Shown one piece after another: positions 34,105 to 48,731 of a DNA stretch of 64,000 nucleotides (position 1 is the stretch's first letter; every line of letters begins with the position of its first letter). A program made the position numbers and the translations under genes. This DNA is from Rhizodiscina lignyota (taxonomy: Eukaryota). A model generated the notes under the pieces. The model worked only from the letters and a program-made list of their open reading frames with translations. It was not told the DNA's origin and did not search any database. The stretch spans positions 620,001 through 684,000 of the forward strand of contig ML978133.1 of NCBI GenBank assembly GCA_010015805.1. Direction: 5' to 3'.

Positions 34105-35112
34105 TCACATGTTTAGTATGGCCCAGGTGTGGTCGTCCGTAGTGGTGTATATCACACCCATGTCCAGCAACTCATTACCAGCCTGCAGAACGTCCGCAGT
34201 CTGCCATCCCAGTCTCGTCGCAATGTCGCTGAAATGCAGGCCCTCGTTGGTCTGTGGGCTGGTAAGGATGGCCTGGTAGACCTGCTTCGCCGCTGGCGAT
34301 GCTCTCCCAACTTCTGGATTTCCACCATTCGTCATGCCCTCATTACCATGTCCTTCTGTCTGTTGCGCGCCGTATCCTCCATTCTGCGCCCCCTTTGCTC
34401 CGCCTGGCGGGCCACGCGTGAAGTACAAGTGCACGACTGCCGCCTCGAGCAGGTGGTATGATACCTCATTGTAGTCGGTGATGGGTCTGATGCAAGTGGC
34501 GCCGAGATGCCTTTTCGTATTGAAGGACTTCAGCTTGCCCCAGACGCGCACATACATGTTTTCCGCAAGCTTTGAGCTCTCATTTGAGTCCTCGTTGTTC
34601 ACGGCCTCACTGTCGGTCCATTGTTTTACTTCGATCGAGCCTGTGCCGTCGTCGAGCTTGTAGGTGACGTTGGTTGTTTGCTGAGCGACGTTGCGGATTT
34701 GGCCCACAATCGTGACCTGTAGTGAAGAGACTGTCAGGAACATGAAGGACACGATGTATTGGGGCATTGTGCAGGGGGGAAATGGCGCACTTGAGTTATT
34801 TCTGCTCCATCGGACTTGAAGTCTTGATCGCTTATTTGCTCCGCTTCCATAAGCTGCTTAATGGTGACAGGGCGGAGGCTGTCCTTAGTGTAGTTCTACA
34901 GCATGTCAGACCAATGGGCAAAATCATGGAACGACAATGAAGACTGACCTTTTCACCGCTGGGACTGGTCTGGCTTCCACCCATAAACCCTCCGCCACCT
35001 GCTCCACCTTGAGCGCCATATGAGGTGGTGGAGTATTGGTTGTCGTAGTTGTTGTAACCTGAATTGCATGAGAACGCGTCATATATTCTTCGCGTCGAGT
35101 TCACTCACTCAT
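34105..35112 (-). CDS. RFA2: Replication protein A subunit 2 (RPA32)
   Basis: Micro-exon ATGA then GTGAGT; GGGGFM, SLRPVTIKQL, VTIVGQIRNV...YKLDDGTGSIEVKQW and RPITDYNEVSYHLLEA; winged-helix end GVIYTTTDDHTW. Confidence 0.93.
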
Positions 35113-35178
35113 TCTTTCTGCTACTTTGCGATGGTCTTGTGGGAAATTCAAATGAGGCAAAGTTTGCGCGCTGCGGAG

Positions 35179-35194
35179 ACGCGTTCGGACGCGA
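35179..35194. promoter_or_regulatory. Tandem MCB-like elements (ACGCGT, ACGCGA) upstream of RFA2
   Basis: acgcgt 35179-35184 and acgcga 35189-35194, about 70 nt upstream of the RFA2 ATG. This is the expected MBF control of a replication gene. Confidence 0.6.
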
Positions 35195-35451
35195 CGTGAG
35201 GCAATTAAGCCGGAACGGTAGCACGTGGTGTCTTGGCAAGATGGATGCGAGAATCTTATCTTAGCGCACTCCAAGCTGCACAACATGGAATAAGGGAACC
35301 TTGCGACCTTTCACTTTGCGCCATCACTTTCACTCCAACCCTACAATAACCGAACACTTTCTCTCTCGCAACTCTGCATTCTCAGAGCACACCTAACACA
35401 AGCTCTCCCAATTATCATCTACATTTCACCGTTTATCGCATTCCGGGCAAT

Positions 35452-36294
35452 ATGGCCGACGCAGACCCCGCAGACCTCGCAGACCTCGCAGACCTCGCAG
35501 CTCTCGACACGCTCGAGAAGGAAGCCAAGGAGTTCGATAAGGTCAGTTGCCACCTCGACCCACACATGCATCTACGAGCTTGGATACTGCATTTATTTCT
35601 GACTATTGTTTCATGTTTAGGATTCAGAGATCGACCGTAAGTGACTATTGGTCCCACCCTGCCAACTTCCAATAAAGCCTCCCAAAACCCGCCGAATCAT
35701 GCGCTGACAACTCGCCGAGCAGGCATCATGAACGCCTTCCGGCTCGACGCCTATGCCGTGCTCGACCTCCAGCCCGGTGTGCCTGAGTCGGACATCAAGG
35801 CCTGCTACCGCAAGAAGTCGCTCCTCATCCATCCGGACAAGACCAAGAATCCGCAAGCGCCTGAGGCGTTCGACCGCTTGAAGAAGGCGGAGGGCGAGTT
35901 GAGGGATGAGAAGCAGCGGGCGCGACTCGATGACGCGATTGCGGACGCGCGCATGCTGCTGATGCGCGCGAAGAAGTGGGACAAGAACGACGAGGGCCTC
36001 AAGACCGACGAGTTCTTGAAGGAGTGGCGTGAGAAGACCAAGGAGGTGCTCATAGACAACGAGCTGCGCCGCCGCAAGCAGATGAAGGGAAAGATGCAGG
36101 AGGAGGGACGCGAGAGAAGGAAGGAGGCAGAGGCGCAGCAGGCGTACGAGAAGAAGCGCAAATATGAGGCCGACTGGGAGGAGACGAGGGAGAAGCGCAT
36201 TGACAGCTGGAGGCAGTTCTCTAACAAAAAGAAAGAGGACGAACCCAGCACCGATGGCAAGAAGAAAAAGAAGAAGATGAAGGTCCTTGGTTGA
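35452..36294 (+). CDS. SPF31: J-domain protein Spf31/DNAJC8
   Basis: LEKEAKEFDK / DSEIDR / IMNAFRLDAYAVLDL...YRKKSLLIHPDK...WEETREKRIDSWR. Two introns. Confidence 0.9.
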
Positions 36295-37802
36295 GGATCC
36301 TGACTCGTAACTTTCTTCATTCACTTTCATGAATACCCAGAGGTTTTCAATGGTGGCCTTAAACGGGGTGAAGACCATAGGGTGGTTTGCATACATATTT
36401 ACTTGGGAAGCATAGCATGGCGTCAACGTGGCCAGCGGCTGTCTATATCACGCCTCTACTGGAACTCTATAGGCATTTGAGTTTCTCGATAGCAATCAAG
36501 CTACAACTGTCAAGTTTTCCCGCGTCTTTAACCCTGCATTATGCCTGCCTTAGGGCATAGTCCACCGTTTCTCTTATACTCGCCTCAGGGACATGCAGCG
36601 CTTCGGCAACACTGCATAATAGCCTGTGCCGCAGACTCCCCGAGCACCTCATAATGAAAGGCTCCACGCCATCCCGCCCTCAAAAAACACGCTCAATTTC
36701 CGTCCAATGAGAAACCACTCCATCTCCGAAAAGCATCCCAGCATCCGAATAGCTGGAAATGGCGGTTCGAGTCTCTTGCAGCCGCCCCTCAGCGATCATC
36801 CCTACAACGTGCTGCAAGCGTGCAGCAGGTCCTTCCACCAACCACGATCGCGATCGCGAGGCCTTTCCGCCGCCCGCGCCAATCACAGTCGCCGCTGGAC
36901 TATAATCTCGTGCCTACTTTATGTATAACGACGCGGACGGGTATGTTTAAATTGCGAAAGTGCGGTGAAGGGCGCACCAGTGGCAAATGCGATGTATAAG
37001 TAGAGGCAGCCTGCCGCGCTAGAGCGCGCAGATCCTTCTGCGTCTCAGTTGCAAACGAAACGTTTAATCCTTCGAAGATTCGCATCGCGAGCTTGCTTCC
37101 TGCGGTGTCTGGGGCTAAGCGAGGGTACTTGAGAGACAGCAAACACCTCCGAGGCGACGGCACAGACGAAGAGCTGATGCTAGGAATCTGTTTGTATATG
37201 CACGTATGTACTATCTATCTCTGTCACTTGTCCTATCGTGCTGTGGACTTACTCCTCTCATTCATCTACATCCACGTCCTGACAATGCATCATCCACACC
37301 TCATGCCATCTCCGTACTAACTACAAGCTTTGCGCCAAATAGTGGTATCTCAAAAAGAAAACAGGTTCAGCCAGGACGAGGGGGCCCGATCAATGCACAA
37401 TGAGCCCATGGTCCTCCAAAGGACAGAAGTATGCCACAAGAAGAGGAGATAAAAAGATGCAGAAAAACAAAACGAGGCCAATAACGATGCTTGTGCCGTT
37501 CCATGAAATATGCTCATAAAGACCCCCCGAGTCGATCTCAATCGAATCCGTTCCTGTGGGTATTTTTCCCTTTATCCCGTTGTCCCTTTTTGTATATGCC
37601 ATCATCATATACCCAGTCCACGCCAGCGCAAGAAGATGCGATTGTGCGATATTAACGTCGCGTATGCCGTGAGGCGATGATCCAGTCAGGCCCTGAATTG
37701 TATGTACAATGTTGAGTTATATTATCTTGTTCCTCCTCTTTCTTTCATTCTTTCATCATGGCAGGGACTCTCAAACATTCAAGCACTTGTCCGAGCCTCT
37801 TT

Positions 37803-39646
37803 CTAGTCCGTGATCTCTCGTATGTTCAACCTCCTCCTCTTTCTCGCGTCATCGTCCTCGCCCTCTCTCTGGCCTTCTCCTTCCCCAGGAGTCCTGGGAC
37901 TTCCCTCACTCTCGGCTTGCATGGTGTGAAAGCTTCTTGGCTGGCCAGGATAGCTAATGGGCCGGCTTCCGGACGTGGTCGAGCCGGTCGTGGTGCCAAG
38001 AGGTTCGCTCACTGTGGAGGTTGGTCGACTGCTGGTGCTATACAAAGAAGGGGGCTGTCCAAATCTAGCTGTTGGGTCGAAACCAGGAGGCGGCGGTTGA
38101 GTAGATGGTTGAGTTCGGGGTTGAGCGGGAAAGTAGCCGCCTGAGGAGAGATCGAATCGTGCGGAAGAGAGCCCGTATGCTGTTACGGGCACGCTCGTCG
38201 GCGGTAAAGAGGATGCGAGGGACTGAAGGCTAAGAGACGGAGTCGACGGGCCAGATCCTGTTTGAGGATATCCGCCTGGAGAACGCTGTTGATATACCGG
38301 TTCATACTGCGGGGGAATCTGAGGAACCGCAGGAGTCACGCTGAACGGGTTCATGTGTCCCGCCGGAAGAGCTGACGGCAGAGAGCTTGCCCCATAGTGA
38401 GGAAGCGTCAAGACCACGAAGGGAAAACTGCCAACTTTGCCGAGCTGGATGTACATTTGGCGCGTAATAAGCTGCCGGCCAGCTTGTACAAACGTCCAAA
38501 GTTCGCCGCGCTCCCTGCTGCCAGCAGTATAAGCGCCCAGCTCGGCCTCGTTTATGCCTTCAATGGCTCGAGTCTCTTCGTCTGAGTAAATGGTGGGAAG
38601 CGAAAGTGGCTCCATCACCTCGCGCTCATTTCGAAGGTCCGTTGCTAGGCGTTGGATGTCGGGTTCGTGTCTACGGTCCACAAAGTCGTTCAGTTGCCGG
38701 TCTGTCAAGTCACCTCCAGGTGCGAACTGATCGCGGAATTGCTGGTTTGCTCTAACAATGCGTAGATTGAGGTTCATAAAAATGCGCGCTTCCAGGCCGC
38801 GTCGCGGAGAGTACGGAGACGGTTGGGAGGCACCTGCTCCGGTAATGGTGTGTCGTTGGGTTAATCGTGGGTCAGGCTGGACTGGCTGCACCATCTGCCC
38901 GACGCTGGCTCGATGCGATCTCAGAATCCTTCCTGACTGTGTTCTTCGGTGCCCAGGAGGGAAGCTCGACGTATGACCGCCTTGCGCTTCACCGAGCATT
39001 CCACCTTGTGCTGCAGCCGCAATTTCACGGCCTTGGCGGGAGTCGCGGTCATCGCGTAATCGTGGTCGCCCTCTTTTCTTGTGTTCCACGTCCTGGCAGG
39101 TGTCCTGCGAGGAGATAGGATTAGTTCCCTACTTGTCTAAAGATAATTTGATGCCTGACTAACCTGCTTCCCAGATGCGACGCACCGCGCACATGGCCTT
39201 TGCGCGTCGCAACTCAGATGCGCCTTCTTGCAATTTATGCAAGCTTTCTGGACATGTGTCTTCCCTCTTCTGGATGATCTTGCTCCTCGTAAGGCTGCTT
39301 GTGCGGGACGTCCAATCTCGGTCTGGACAAGAGCTGGGCCAATGCTTTGACTCGAGATGGCAGCGCGCTGGGGAAAGTACTCCGCTCGGCCCAGCAGGGC
39401 ACTCTGGCCCAGAGTCGGAGGTGGTCCAACAGGCGAAAACAACGCGCGTGAAACCGGCTGGTACTGACTTGGGCTAGGAATTGCAGCGCTCGCAGGTATG
39501 GCTTCCCGCCTGAAAGCGGTCGTCGATTCTGGTCTACTCTGCGGAGGCGCGTGAGCACCTCTGCCGGCTTCCTGAGAGATTGGATAGTCCTCTGGAGCAC
39601 TGCTGGTTGGAATATATCTTCTGGGCGGTGATGGCGGGTTTGACAT
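37803..39646 (-). CDS. Zn(II)2Cys6 transcription factor with a putative PAS-like region (start uncertain, may extend upstream)
   Basis: ACINCKKAHLSCDAQRPCARCVASGKQ, intron 39105-39163, then DTCQDVEHKKRGRPR. The frame stays open upstream to 39829. Confidence 0.88.
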
Positions 39647-42600
39647 GGGAGGAGACGGATAGGTGTAGGGTTGAAACTTTTGCCCTGAGAGGTGTGGCGG
39701 TGACGACTTGACCAGGGCTGCTGTTCCCGTATCAAACGCCTTTCGACATCCAGCGACCGGATGAGGGAGATAGTGACAGGGAATGGACGTCAAAGGCTGA
39801 ATCTGCATAGCGCCTATGCCGGGCAGCAAAAGATCCTGGGTATAGGATGGGTTTCTGGGTGTTTGGAGGTGTTCAGAGTCGCGGTTTTCGACGGTATGCT
39901 GGACCAGTCACGTCGAGGGGAGCTACTTCTACACCTCCAGGCAAAGGCTCCTCAGTCTTACTCAGATGGAGCTTCGGCACGCGAGCATTGTGTATTTGTC
40001 GGAGGCTATCGAGCAGCTCTGGAAGAGGGGACTGAAAGCAGTAAGCATACTGACTGATGGACAGGACCGCTCGCGTGTGTGCCTCGCAGGACAATGAGGT
40101 CAACGGCGTGTCGTGGGGATGCGGTCAGACGCGTCTGATGGAGGGGCAGCGCGGGCAGGTAGAGATGGAGTGTCGGGGCAGCTTGATGTTGAGGGTACGC
40201 GTTGCAGCACGTTGAGGGCAGAGAATGGAACAACTCACATGTAGTAGGGCTGTTCACTACTCACAGCTGAGCTCGTGGTGCCAGGAACCAGACTGCAGTC
40301 ATACGCAACTCTCTGCGCTGGTTGGCAGAGGGCCGGAAACGGCAGCAAGGATGAGAGAGTATGGGAGCGGTCCGCTGGGGAAGGCCTGAGCTATTAACTC
40401 GGGCGAATGAAGGCATTGTCAGTAGCGATGCTAGTGATCTTCATTCCCCGTCTGGCGACCCATGCCCGCCGCCGAGCGCAGATGGAGGTTGACAGGCGTA
40501 TGGCGGCGCGTGTGGCAGCAGTGCGGCGGCAGAACGGGGCATGGCGTTCGAAGGCTTTCTGATGGTGCACGCCCGGGGCAGGGCTGAGAAGGGAATAGGG
40601 TAAATAGAGCAATAGAGTTAGTCGAGCCACTGCAGGATGGAGGATCATTGATCATTACTGGGCGTGGCACCGGCATGGGGGGTGGGCAGTGGGCGCGGAC
40701 AGTGTGGAGGTTAGCAGCAGTTGGGCAGAGGCGCCCGATGGGGCAAAGGCTGGCCGGCCGAGGGGGAGGGCCGCCGAAAGGGTGCGAGGCAATGGAGGCA
40801 CTCGAGCCAGGCGCTGGGAGCGGGCGTTCTGATGGGGCATGATGGGTGATGCAAGGCCCAGCGGTGCGGCCAGCAGCCAGGGTGCAGAATCGAGCGGAGC
40901 ATGGAGCTGCCATGCGGCGCCGACTCCTTCGAGCAGCAGCCCTGTCGAAGCCTGGCGGCATCTCCTCTCCCGATGCCTCTAATTAAGGACGACCGCTCCA
41001 TTCGTGCCATCTCCACCCGCGAAATTTGACGGCCACTTCGAGAGATGGATATTGCGTCAAATTTGCACACACGGCTCGTCGCGATGAGATGACTACTGCC
41101 TCCGGATGCTCTGTGCGCGCTCACACTCGCGTTGACAGGCGTGTTCCCACCACTCGACGCGCACGCTAGAGCAAGGCGCGCAGCGGGAAGCGTTGCCAAT
41201 CAGCACGCGATGCTCGACTGTTCACTCGCTTGCGGCGCCGTCTGCTCGCGATATGCTGGCGGCTCGCAGCCCGATAGGAGAGCGTGCGACGGCAGCCGGG
41301 GATCGTGGATGTGCTGCAGCAGCACCGTCCACTCAAGCTGTGCTCGCTGCTGACTGGCGGCCCAGAGGCAGGAGTCGACATCTCGCATGCACGCCGATGG
41401 GCATTGGGCCTGACGCGCCCGTTGATCGTTGAAACGTCTCTGCTGTGGCGTAGCAGCGGCAGGGAAGCTTCAGCTGCCCTCGAGCCCTCCATAAAAGGCA
41501 TCCTCACGCTTCTCAACGTCCATTTGCGGCGGCACCATTGCGGTTATGGAAGCGTGTCGACGCGACGCTCGCTTGTCCTCTGCAGACGCTGAAACCTTGC
41601 TGTGCTTCTGCGCAGCTGCCGAACCCGCCGGCAGCGTTCGAGAAGCACTGTGGCATTGGTGCGCTACGCTGCCCGACGGACTGATGCAATCATGGAAGCT
41701 CAGCAGGCCCGCCGTCGTCGCGTGGTACTCTACTCTAAGCTCGCGCATGAGACGACCATTTCTGCAAAGCTCCGCATCCAACCACGCAGTCTGCGCGACG
41801 ATTTGCACAAATCCAGCGCCTGTCATTCTCCGGAAACGCCGATCTGGGACTACGCGTGCCGGCTAAATCGTATCCCCATGCTTGACTTCGTGCCCTGGAG
41901 GCCCTAGAGGAAAAAGTGGTTGGAAATCCCAGCCAGAGCCTCCAATCACAATTCCACGGCCTGCGAAATTCGCCATGCACCTGCACGCTTCTGCCTCTGA
42001 AATATCTGGCCCACAACAGACCGAGCTGATGTCCATCAAGCTTCGTGGACCTCACTAACGCGGTGTTACTCGGGCGCATTAGCCACTCGAGCTTCCTCAG
42101 ACCGCAATGACATCAATTTGGAATGCTCAGCCGCTTCCAATATCGACGTCGATTGAGATCGGCCATTTGACAGCACCAACCGCCGTTGGGTGGGGGGTGG
42201 ATTGTGCGCTCGTATGGGCACGCGAGGGAGTGGCAGTGAGTTTTAGTGAAGTTCATGCGCGCTGTCAACTGCTGCCATAACCGTACGCATCGACCGGCTT
42301 CAGGTACGACGCCAATACTATCTACGTATACAATATTCAATGCGAAGCCTCGTGACGATCTGCGGGAAGGCCATTGATGCGGCTTGTGCGCCAGAACAAC
42401 GTTTGAAAACTCCGATGAGACGCACAGATGGCAGGCAGTGCTTGTCTATTTTCCGCCCTGGTCACCCAATATTTGATGGCAATTAAGGCTCCAATAACTC
42501 GCCTGAACGGGATGACTTTCGCATACTAAGCCAGTAAGGGGGATTCGCGCAGCTCCTCAACCGCACAATCTCAAATGCCATAAGCATGACCGGCAGCATG

Positions 42601-45600
42601 ATGAGCATCTCACCGTTGGCACTGCTCTGATCTATCTGGATATGTATCGTGGCATCGTCATGGTCGTGATCATATTGGACTAGATCCCGCCTGGTCACTT
42701 GCAAGGGCCCTCGTTACGCAAATGTCCGACACATCACTGAGGATCCCCATGCCTGGTCCTGGTGCAAGTCGGGGCCGTTAATCCATGCTTGCCGAAGCAC
42801 TATGTCTCCGAAAATGTCGACGTTGGCATCCGCACGTAAGCTACAGTACATTAGGTCGAACGGAGAAGACTTGGAAACCAGCAAAAGACAGTCAATCAGG
42901 CCTGGCAGTTGCATGTGGTTACACAGCAAAGCCGCCGATGCTGCCATCCTGGAGGCTCCCTGCAGGCGCATGCATGATGTACGAGCATGTCTCGCGAGCC
43001 GATTCCTGAGCAAACTGATTCGGCGTGTCCATACGCGGATGAATAGGCGCGTATGTCGACAGTTAAGCGCAGGAGGATTTGCAACAACCGGCAGTAAACT
43101 ACTGGGAAGCAACGGCGGAATCACTCACCGACCTTCCTGAACCATGTTGAATCTGGTGGAGCTCAGAGTGTGGTGATCACACGAACGTTCAGCTTTTTTT
43201 CCGCCCACTACGCCCAAGGCGCTCGAGACAATGGCACATGTTCCCGGTCTACGATCACGGCCATCGGTCCCGGGCTTGATGGCACGTCGTCCAGGAAGAT
43301 TACGTGGAAAGTTACGAAAGGACAGAGACACAAGAGCCGCCCCATCCACTATCGATAGGCTGGCGGGAACGCTATCCACTGAGCCCACTTCTACTTCGGG
43401 GCAAGTCTCATCTCGTCCTTGTTCCGAACAAAGGGCGCCCTGCTTTGCAAGGGAGCAATCCGACACTTCTTCCCTGTGCTGCAGCTTTCCGGCAGCCTTC
43501 TGCAAGTACAATCCCAAATTCACGGGCCTTACTCCGGTTACGTAGTGTTCACAAAAGCCTCCTGTCCTTTGCCATCCTTCGCGTTGAGGACAGACTCTTA
43601 CTTACTTCCTTCTGCTTCTTTGCCGTCAATAACAACCGCTCACGATGGCGTCAGCCATCTTCTGCCGCCACGATTTCCCTGTGGCGCCAGCTCGAGAACG
43701 CAATGGCTGGAAATGGCTTTTTGCCATGAGGCTTGAGCTCGCGGGATCCCCGCCCCGCGTTCGCAGAGGGAGAGATCTGCACGCGGCTCTTTTCCGAATC
43801 CACGTCCTCGGGTAGAGTGAACTGGAGGGTTTCGAGCCGACCGTGAGGGAGGTGACAGTGCCAAAAGCAATTCTGCTGCAGATCCACCTGCCTCGTTGCA
43901 ACGGCTGCGGTGCTCAAGCCTCAATGTCTCTGCCCGGCTTCATCACCCGCTGAATTGATCGTTCACTTGCTTCCATTTCAACCGTGGGAATCCTGTCATT
44001 GCATGTCTGCACGGTCATGGTTTCATGGCTAAATGTCCCACGTTTTCTGCACGAGTCGCCTCGTCTTACACGCAGAATGAGAACGCCGCAAAAGTGAACA
44101 GGACAAGAAGAATTATCGATAAATTGCTAATTGCGGACCGATTATCATATAGAGGCCACGTATTGACCGCTAACAGCTTTGAAGCTAAGGAAACTTGAGG
44201 ATATAAGAAGATCAATTTCCCCATCCCCCCTCGTGTCTCGCTTGACTCAAGCCTCGCGCGACGCCAGCCGCATCCTTCCCGCAATCGATAATCCGTGGCC
44301 TAAATCCGCATCTCAAATGACTTCATCTCGTGGATGCTCCAATCTCCGCAAATGCAAGACATTCCTCAGACCCCTTCAGATTTCTCATATCGAGTTCGAG
44401 GGAACACGAACAATCCTTCTCCGAGATGAACGACGCCATAGCTTCGTCGATTTAACCTCCGTACCACTGAGCTTCCGCCTGTGAAATAGTGAGGCTGAAG
44501 AACAGCACCACAGTGCGCCCCGGCAAGGCTCGGAACTGACGCAATCAATTGGTCTCTGCTCTGTCGCTGCGTCGCTTTTCTCGTGTGACCTTCCTTTGGC
44601 TAGGCTGCCGAATCACCAGCCTGTGGCGTCGTCTTCTCGAAAATTACCCGACTCGGACGAAATGGAAATTAGACCAATATATTTACGGAAATTACCGAGG
44701 CGTTCGCATGTTCCTTTTCCAGCGAAGGGACCTCCGAAGAAGTAAAGTGAACACAGATGAATGTTCTTTTTGGAAGCCTAGAACTGCGTGATTGACCGCT
44801 TCTACTCGGCAGATCGATCTTTCCTTTGTATGGCATCGCGGAGGTCACGGACTCATAATATCTCAAACTACGGAGTACGGACACGGAGATGGTTGTACGG
44901 GATCCTTCTAGCTACGGCATTTCTCCGTCCCTAGACCTCCAGTCGGAGACTTCAATACCAGATCTCGTATTGAGATTAAATCTAGGTAACTTTTCATGCC
45001 CGAGTTGACCGTACAAATTTTCCTAATTTCCATGACTTCCTTGACCTTGCTGGAGGAGCAGAAATCGGAGCGCGGCTACACAAGCGAAACGCCTCTGCCG
45101 CGAGGCGGCTTTCGCGCTATCGATATCTAGACCAGGGGGCCGAATTCCTAACAATGGGTAGAATGTCATTTCATAAGCTTTATTCACGGCCAGGAACGAG
45201 GCGTCACAGCGACAGGTCAACCGTCATTGTTTATTGATCGCCGAGGCAGTGGTGACGAGCTTACAACTACCAGCATCCCGCCTTCTAAAATCCGCTATCT
45301 ACTCCACATGGCTCATAAACTTTCGAAAGAACTATTGTCAAAAGACGGCCTGGTATTGACAGGACAGCCACTAGTATCGATCGCTGCTTCTTTGGGCACG
45401 GTGGATGTGCGACATGTGCTGATCTTGCCTCGATCTCGAACTTACTCAATAGTGAGCTCAGGAAAACGCCAAGATCAGGACAATGGCTGCCATGCTCTCT
45501 GCGGCCACGTTGAGCGGCGTTCGTATGCACAGTGACAGTGACCCCATCGAATTGGCGCAGATCTGGTGGAGTGGGTCAATATAAGAGTTTGCCGGCCCAA

Positions 45601-45887
45601 CGGAGATCTCCATGCACCTCCACGATACAAGCCATGTTGGCTGAGAGATCTGATGGCTGGCTGAATCACCTTGTCGTTGGTCATTGCGAGATACGGCACA
45701 CGGCACGGTGAAACAACATGGAATCTCTGACAACGCGATATCCTCGTCAGAGACCGTTTGTTTTCGAGATGAACAAGACGGAGAGACTGGACATTGACAG
45801 TGGTATTCAAGGTGAATTTGCGAAATAATCATGGGGCTCATAGGTAAGTACCTAGCAGTGACATTGAGAAAGCAATTTAGGTACAAT

Positions 45888-48689
45888 TCAAATCTTCCTT
45901 TTCCTGCTTGGTCTCGCATTCTTCGCCATCTTCTTCTCCTTCAGGTTCCTTTCCTTCCTCACATCATCTACACTCTTCAGCTCACTCCTCGCGCCCACGC
46001 CATCTCTAAACTTGCCAATCCTCTTCTCCTTCGCCTCCGTAACCTTCTTCTTCTGCTTGTAATAATCATCTCTCCACTTATCAGCTTCCTTCGGAGCTCT
46101 CTCCGCCTTGTGCTTGAACCTCTTCCCACCCACTGACCTAGCATCTCCAGCTGACGCTGTTCCTTCAGCTTCTCCAATGCGAGGCTGACGAACCTTATTC
46201 GCCTTCCTCCAGGCATCAAACCTACCACTACGCAGACTAGCCGCGATCTTCATCCCGCTCTCGCCCTTAACCATCTTCTTCCCTCTGCTGCCGTCGTCGT
46301 CGTTCGCACGAGCCACGTACTTCTTGCTGCGCTTGTCCCACCGCATTCTGCTGGGCTCGGCGAAGGCAGTGGCTTCGTCCTGCGCGAGGTTCATCGAGGC
46401 GTTTCGCGCGGCCGTGACGAAGGAGGTGCTTGATTTCTCGTTCGAGCCGGAGGAGACGCCATATGCGCGATCGGAGACGAAGTTATTGGAGGCGGGGAGG
46501 TAGGACATGAAGTGTTCTGTGTCTTGGAAGGTGTTGGCATCAGAGGAATCATGCTTGGCCCTTTTGGACGGAGCCTCCGATATCGTGACTTCGAGCTCGT
46601 CATCATCATCTTGCATGTTAAAGTCTTCCTGCTCTGAATCTGCCGCAGATTCAAGTTCATCGTCAAAAGCGTCACTTGTGTTTTCGTCGTTGTGCTCATC
46701 GATTGGTTCGTCTGTTTCCACTGTAGGCATCTCACCAACACCGCGGTCAGCTGCCTGTTTTTTCTTCATCTCGATCCTCTTCCTTCTAGCTTGCATGATC
46801 TGAGCAGCAACTTCGCCATTGCCTCTCTTCCCTATTTCAAAGACAGTTTCTTGAGGCCTGAACCCGCTAACACGCTTTAGCATCTCTTCTCGCTGCCTCT
46901 CAGCTCCACCTTCTTCTGCCTCTTTGCTTGCGAAAAGCATGTTCAGCTCGGCAATCTTCGGGCTTGAGAGTATCTCTTTCGAGCGTTTTGCACTCTCGAC
47001 AGACGCCGAATTCCGGGTTCGGTTGTACAATTTCTCGCCCTTTGCAGCTACGGACCGCAAAGCTGTGAGGTCCTCATCTTCGTCTAACAGTTTTGTTCCC
47101 TCCTCGACGCACTGCTCTAATCCGTTCCGCGGGAGACACCCAACCACAACGTCCTCCGCAAAACTCGGTCGACTTTCTGTTCGGCCCAACACCAGCTTCC
47201 TGCTGAGAAAGAGCTGCAGATCGAGCAAATACGGCACGTCTGCGTCTCTCACGAGACTGTAGCTCCACCCCGTCTTCCCTGCTCTGGCCGTTCTACCGAC
47301 TCGGTGGACAAAAATCTTCGCCTGCGAGGTGAAGTCGTAGTTGATGACGTTTGCGAGAACGGGAATATCGATGCCGCGCGCTGCCACGTCCGTGACGACC
47401 AGGATGTTAGAAAACCCGGCGCGGAAAGACTCCACTTGCTGCTTTCGCGCTGTCTGGTCGAGTGAGCCGTAGACGTATGAGACGCTGTAGCCTGACGCGC
47501 GAAGGAGTGCAGCTAGATACTCGACGTGATGCTTGGTTGCCGTGAAAATGATTGTGGAGTGTGGTGTTGGCGAGTCGGTTGCGTTCGCCACGGGTAGGTC
47601 TTTGCCACGCTTTCGCTTCTTAGAGCCAGAATCTGGAGGTTGCTGTTTGCCCTTCAGCTTTTGAGTTGCCTCCGTTTCGCCGATGGGCATGTTGATGACA
47701 TCGCGAAGAATGTACAAGAGTGCTCCTTCTTTCTCAGCGCTCTTTATAGTGAAGAATGCACTTTGAAGGTCAGGCGAAACTTTACTTTCCGCATCGAGTC
47801 TTATGAGTTTGGGTTCCTGCAAGCCTGCTCTTGCGAATTCAACGAGCGAGCTTGGCAAGGTGGCAGAGAATAGCAGAGTCTGCCTGGATGCGGGCAGAGC
47901 TGCCAGAATCTCGCCCAACTGTGCCGCGAACCCCATCTCGAACAATCTGTCGGCTTCGTCGAAGACAACGTATTGAATTGACGAGAGCTCCAATTGCATC
48001 TCGACTTTGAGATGCAGGAAGCGGCCCGGTGTCGCAATGATTACATCCGGATTTGTTGAAGTCATTGCAGAGAATTGATCCTCCAAACTATCGCCTCCCA
48101 CCAGCAGCACTGTCCGCAAATCCGTGCCCCGTCCCAGCTCTTTGACGACCTTGAGCGTTTGTAGCGCCAACTCCCTCGACGGACTCATTATCACTGCCCT
48201 CGCTCCCACCTTCGCGCTGTGCGATTTGAGCTTCTGTATCATTGGGATGACAAACGCAGCCGTCTTGCCAGACCCAGTTCGCGCCATTCCTACCACATCT
48301 TGCCCATCGATAACAAGAGGTATCGTCTTGCGCTGAATCGGCGTTGGAACGGAGAACCCTTTGCGCGTGATTGCCTTGAGGAGCAGAGCATTGAGTCCCA
48401 TGGCTTGAAATCCACCACCTTTTTTGACCGTCTTGCCTTTCAGATTGGATGACTTGCGGTTCGAGGCCGCTTGCGTCGCAGCGATGAAGGACGCATCGTC
48501 GCCGCTGTCATCAAAGTCCGGTTCTACATCTGCGATCGTATCGATGTCGAGCTCGTGCTCGCTATTTCCGTTATTCTTTTTGGCTCGGGGCCCGCTTTCA
48601 TCGTCGCTTAGAGTTGATCCATTGAAAAGAGCGCCAGTTATATCGAGGTCGTTCTCTGACTGAGCCGGTGAGGGCGCTCTGTGAGGCAT
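45888..48689 (-). CDS. DBP10: DEAD-box RNA helicase Dbp10
   Basis: [52 protein letters not shown] and C-terminal WDKRSKKYV. Probable start MPHRAPSP. Confidence 0.96.
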   Translation of the reverse strand: MPHRAPSPAQSENDLDITGALFNGSTLSDDESGPRAKKNNGNSEHELDIDTIADVEPDFDDSGDDASFIAATQAASNRKSSNLKGKTVKKGGGFQAMGLNALLLKAITRKGFSVPTPIQRKTIPLVIDGQDVVGMARTGSGKTAAFVIPMIQKLKSHSAKVGARAVIMSPSRELALQTLKVVKELGRGTDLRTVLLVGGDSLEDQFSAMTSTNPDVIIATPGRFLHLKVEMQLELSSIQYVVFDEADRLFEMGFAAQLGEILAALPASRQTLLFSATLPSSLVEFARAGLQEPKLIRLDAESKVSPDLQSAFFTIKSAEKEGALLYILRDVINMPIGETEATQKLKGKQQPPDSGSKKRKRGKDLPVANATDSPTPHSTIIFTATKHHVEYLAALLRASGYSVSYVYGSLDQTARKQQVESFRAGFSNILVVTDVAARGIDIPVLANVINYDFTSQAKIFVHRVGRTARAGKTGWSYSLVRDADVPYLLDLQLFLSRKLVLGRTESRPSFAEDVVVGCLPRNGLEQCVEEGTKLLDEDEDLTALRSVAAKGEKLYNRTRNSASVESAKRSKEILSSPKIAELNMLFASKEAEEGGAERQREEMLKRVSGFRPQETVFEIGKRGNGEVAAQIMQARRKRIEMKKKQAADRGVGEMPTVETDEPIDEHNDENTSDAFDDELESAADSEQEDFNMQDDDDELEVTISEAPSKRAKHDSSDANTFQDTEHFMSYLPASNNFVSDRAYGVSSGSNEKSSTSFVTAARNASMNLAQDEATAFAEPSRMRWDKRSKKYVARANDDDGSRGKKMVKGESGMKIAASLRSGRFDAWRKANKVRQPRIGEAEGTASAGDARSVGGKRFKHKAERAPKEADKWRDDYYKQKKKVTEAKEKRIGKFRDGVGARSELKSVDDVRKERNLKEKKMAKNARPSRKRKI

Positions 48690-48722
48690 TGCACGAATCT
48701 CTCGTGGTCCATCAAACACCCT

Positions 48723-48731
48723 CTTATCGAT
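48723..48731. promoter_or_regulatory. CTTATCGAT motif in the DBP10/DBP4 bidirectional promoter
   Basis: Read directly, with RRPE-like A/T runs nearby (aagatttttt, caaaaagtttt). The same motif lies upstream of the SAS10 fragment at 11610-11618. Confidence 0.5.

Noticed and set aside
35617..36426. 269-aa minus-strand Leu-rich ORF
   Set aside because: Antisense shadow of the Lys/Glu-rich J-protein; 6101-6871 opposite CEF1 is the same kind of artefact.
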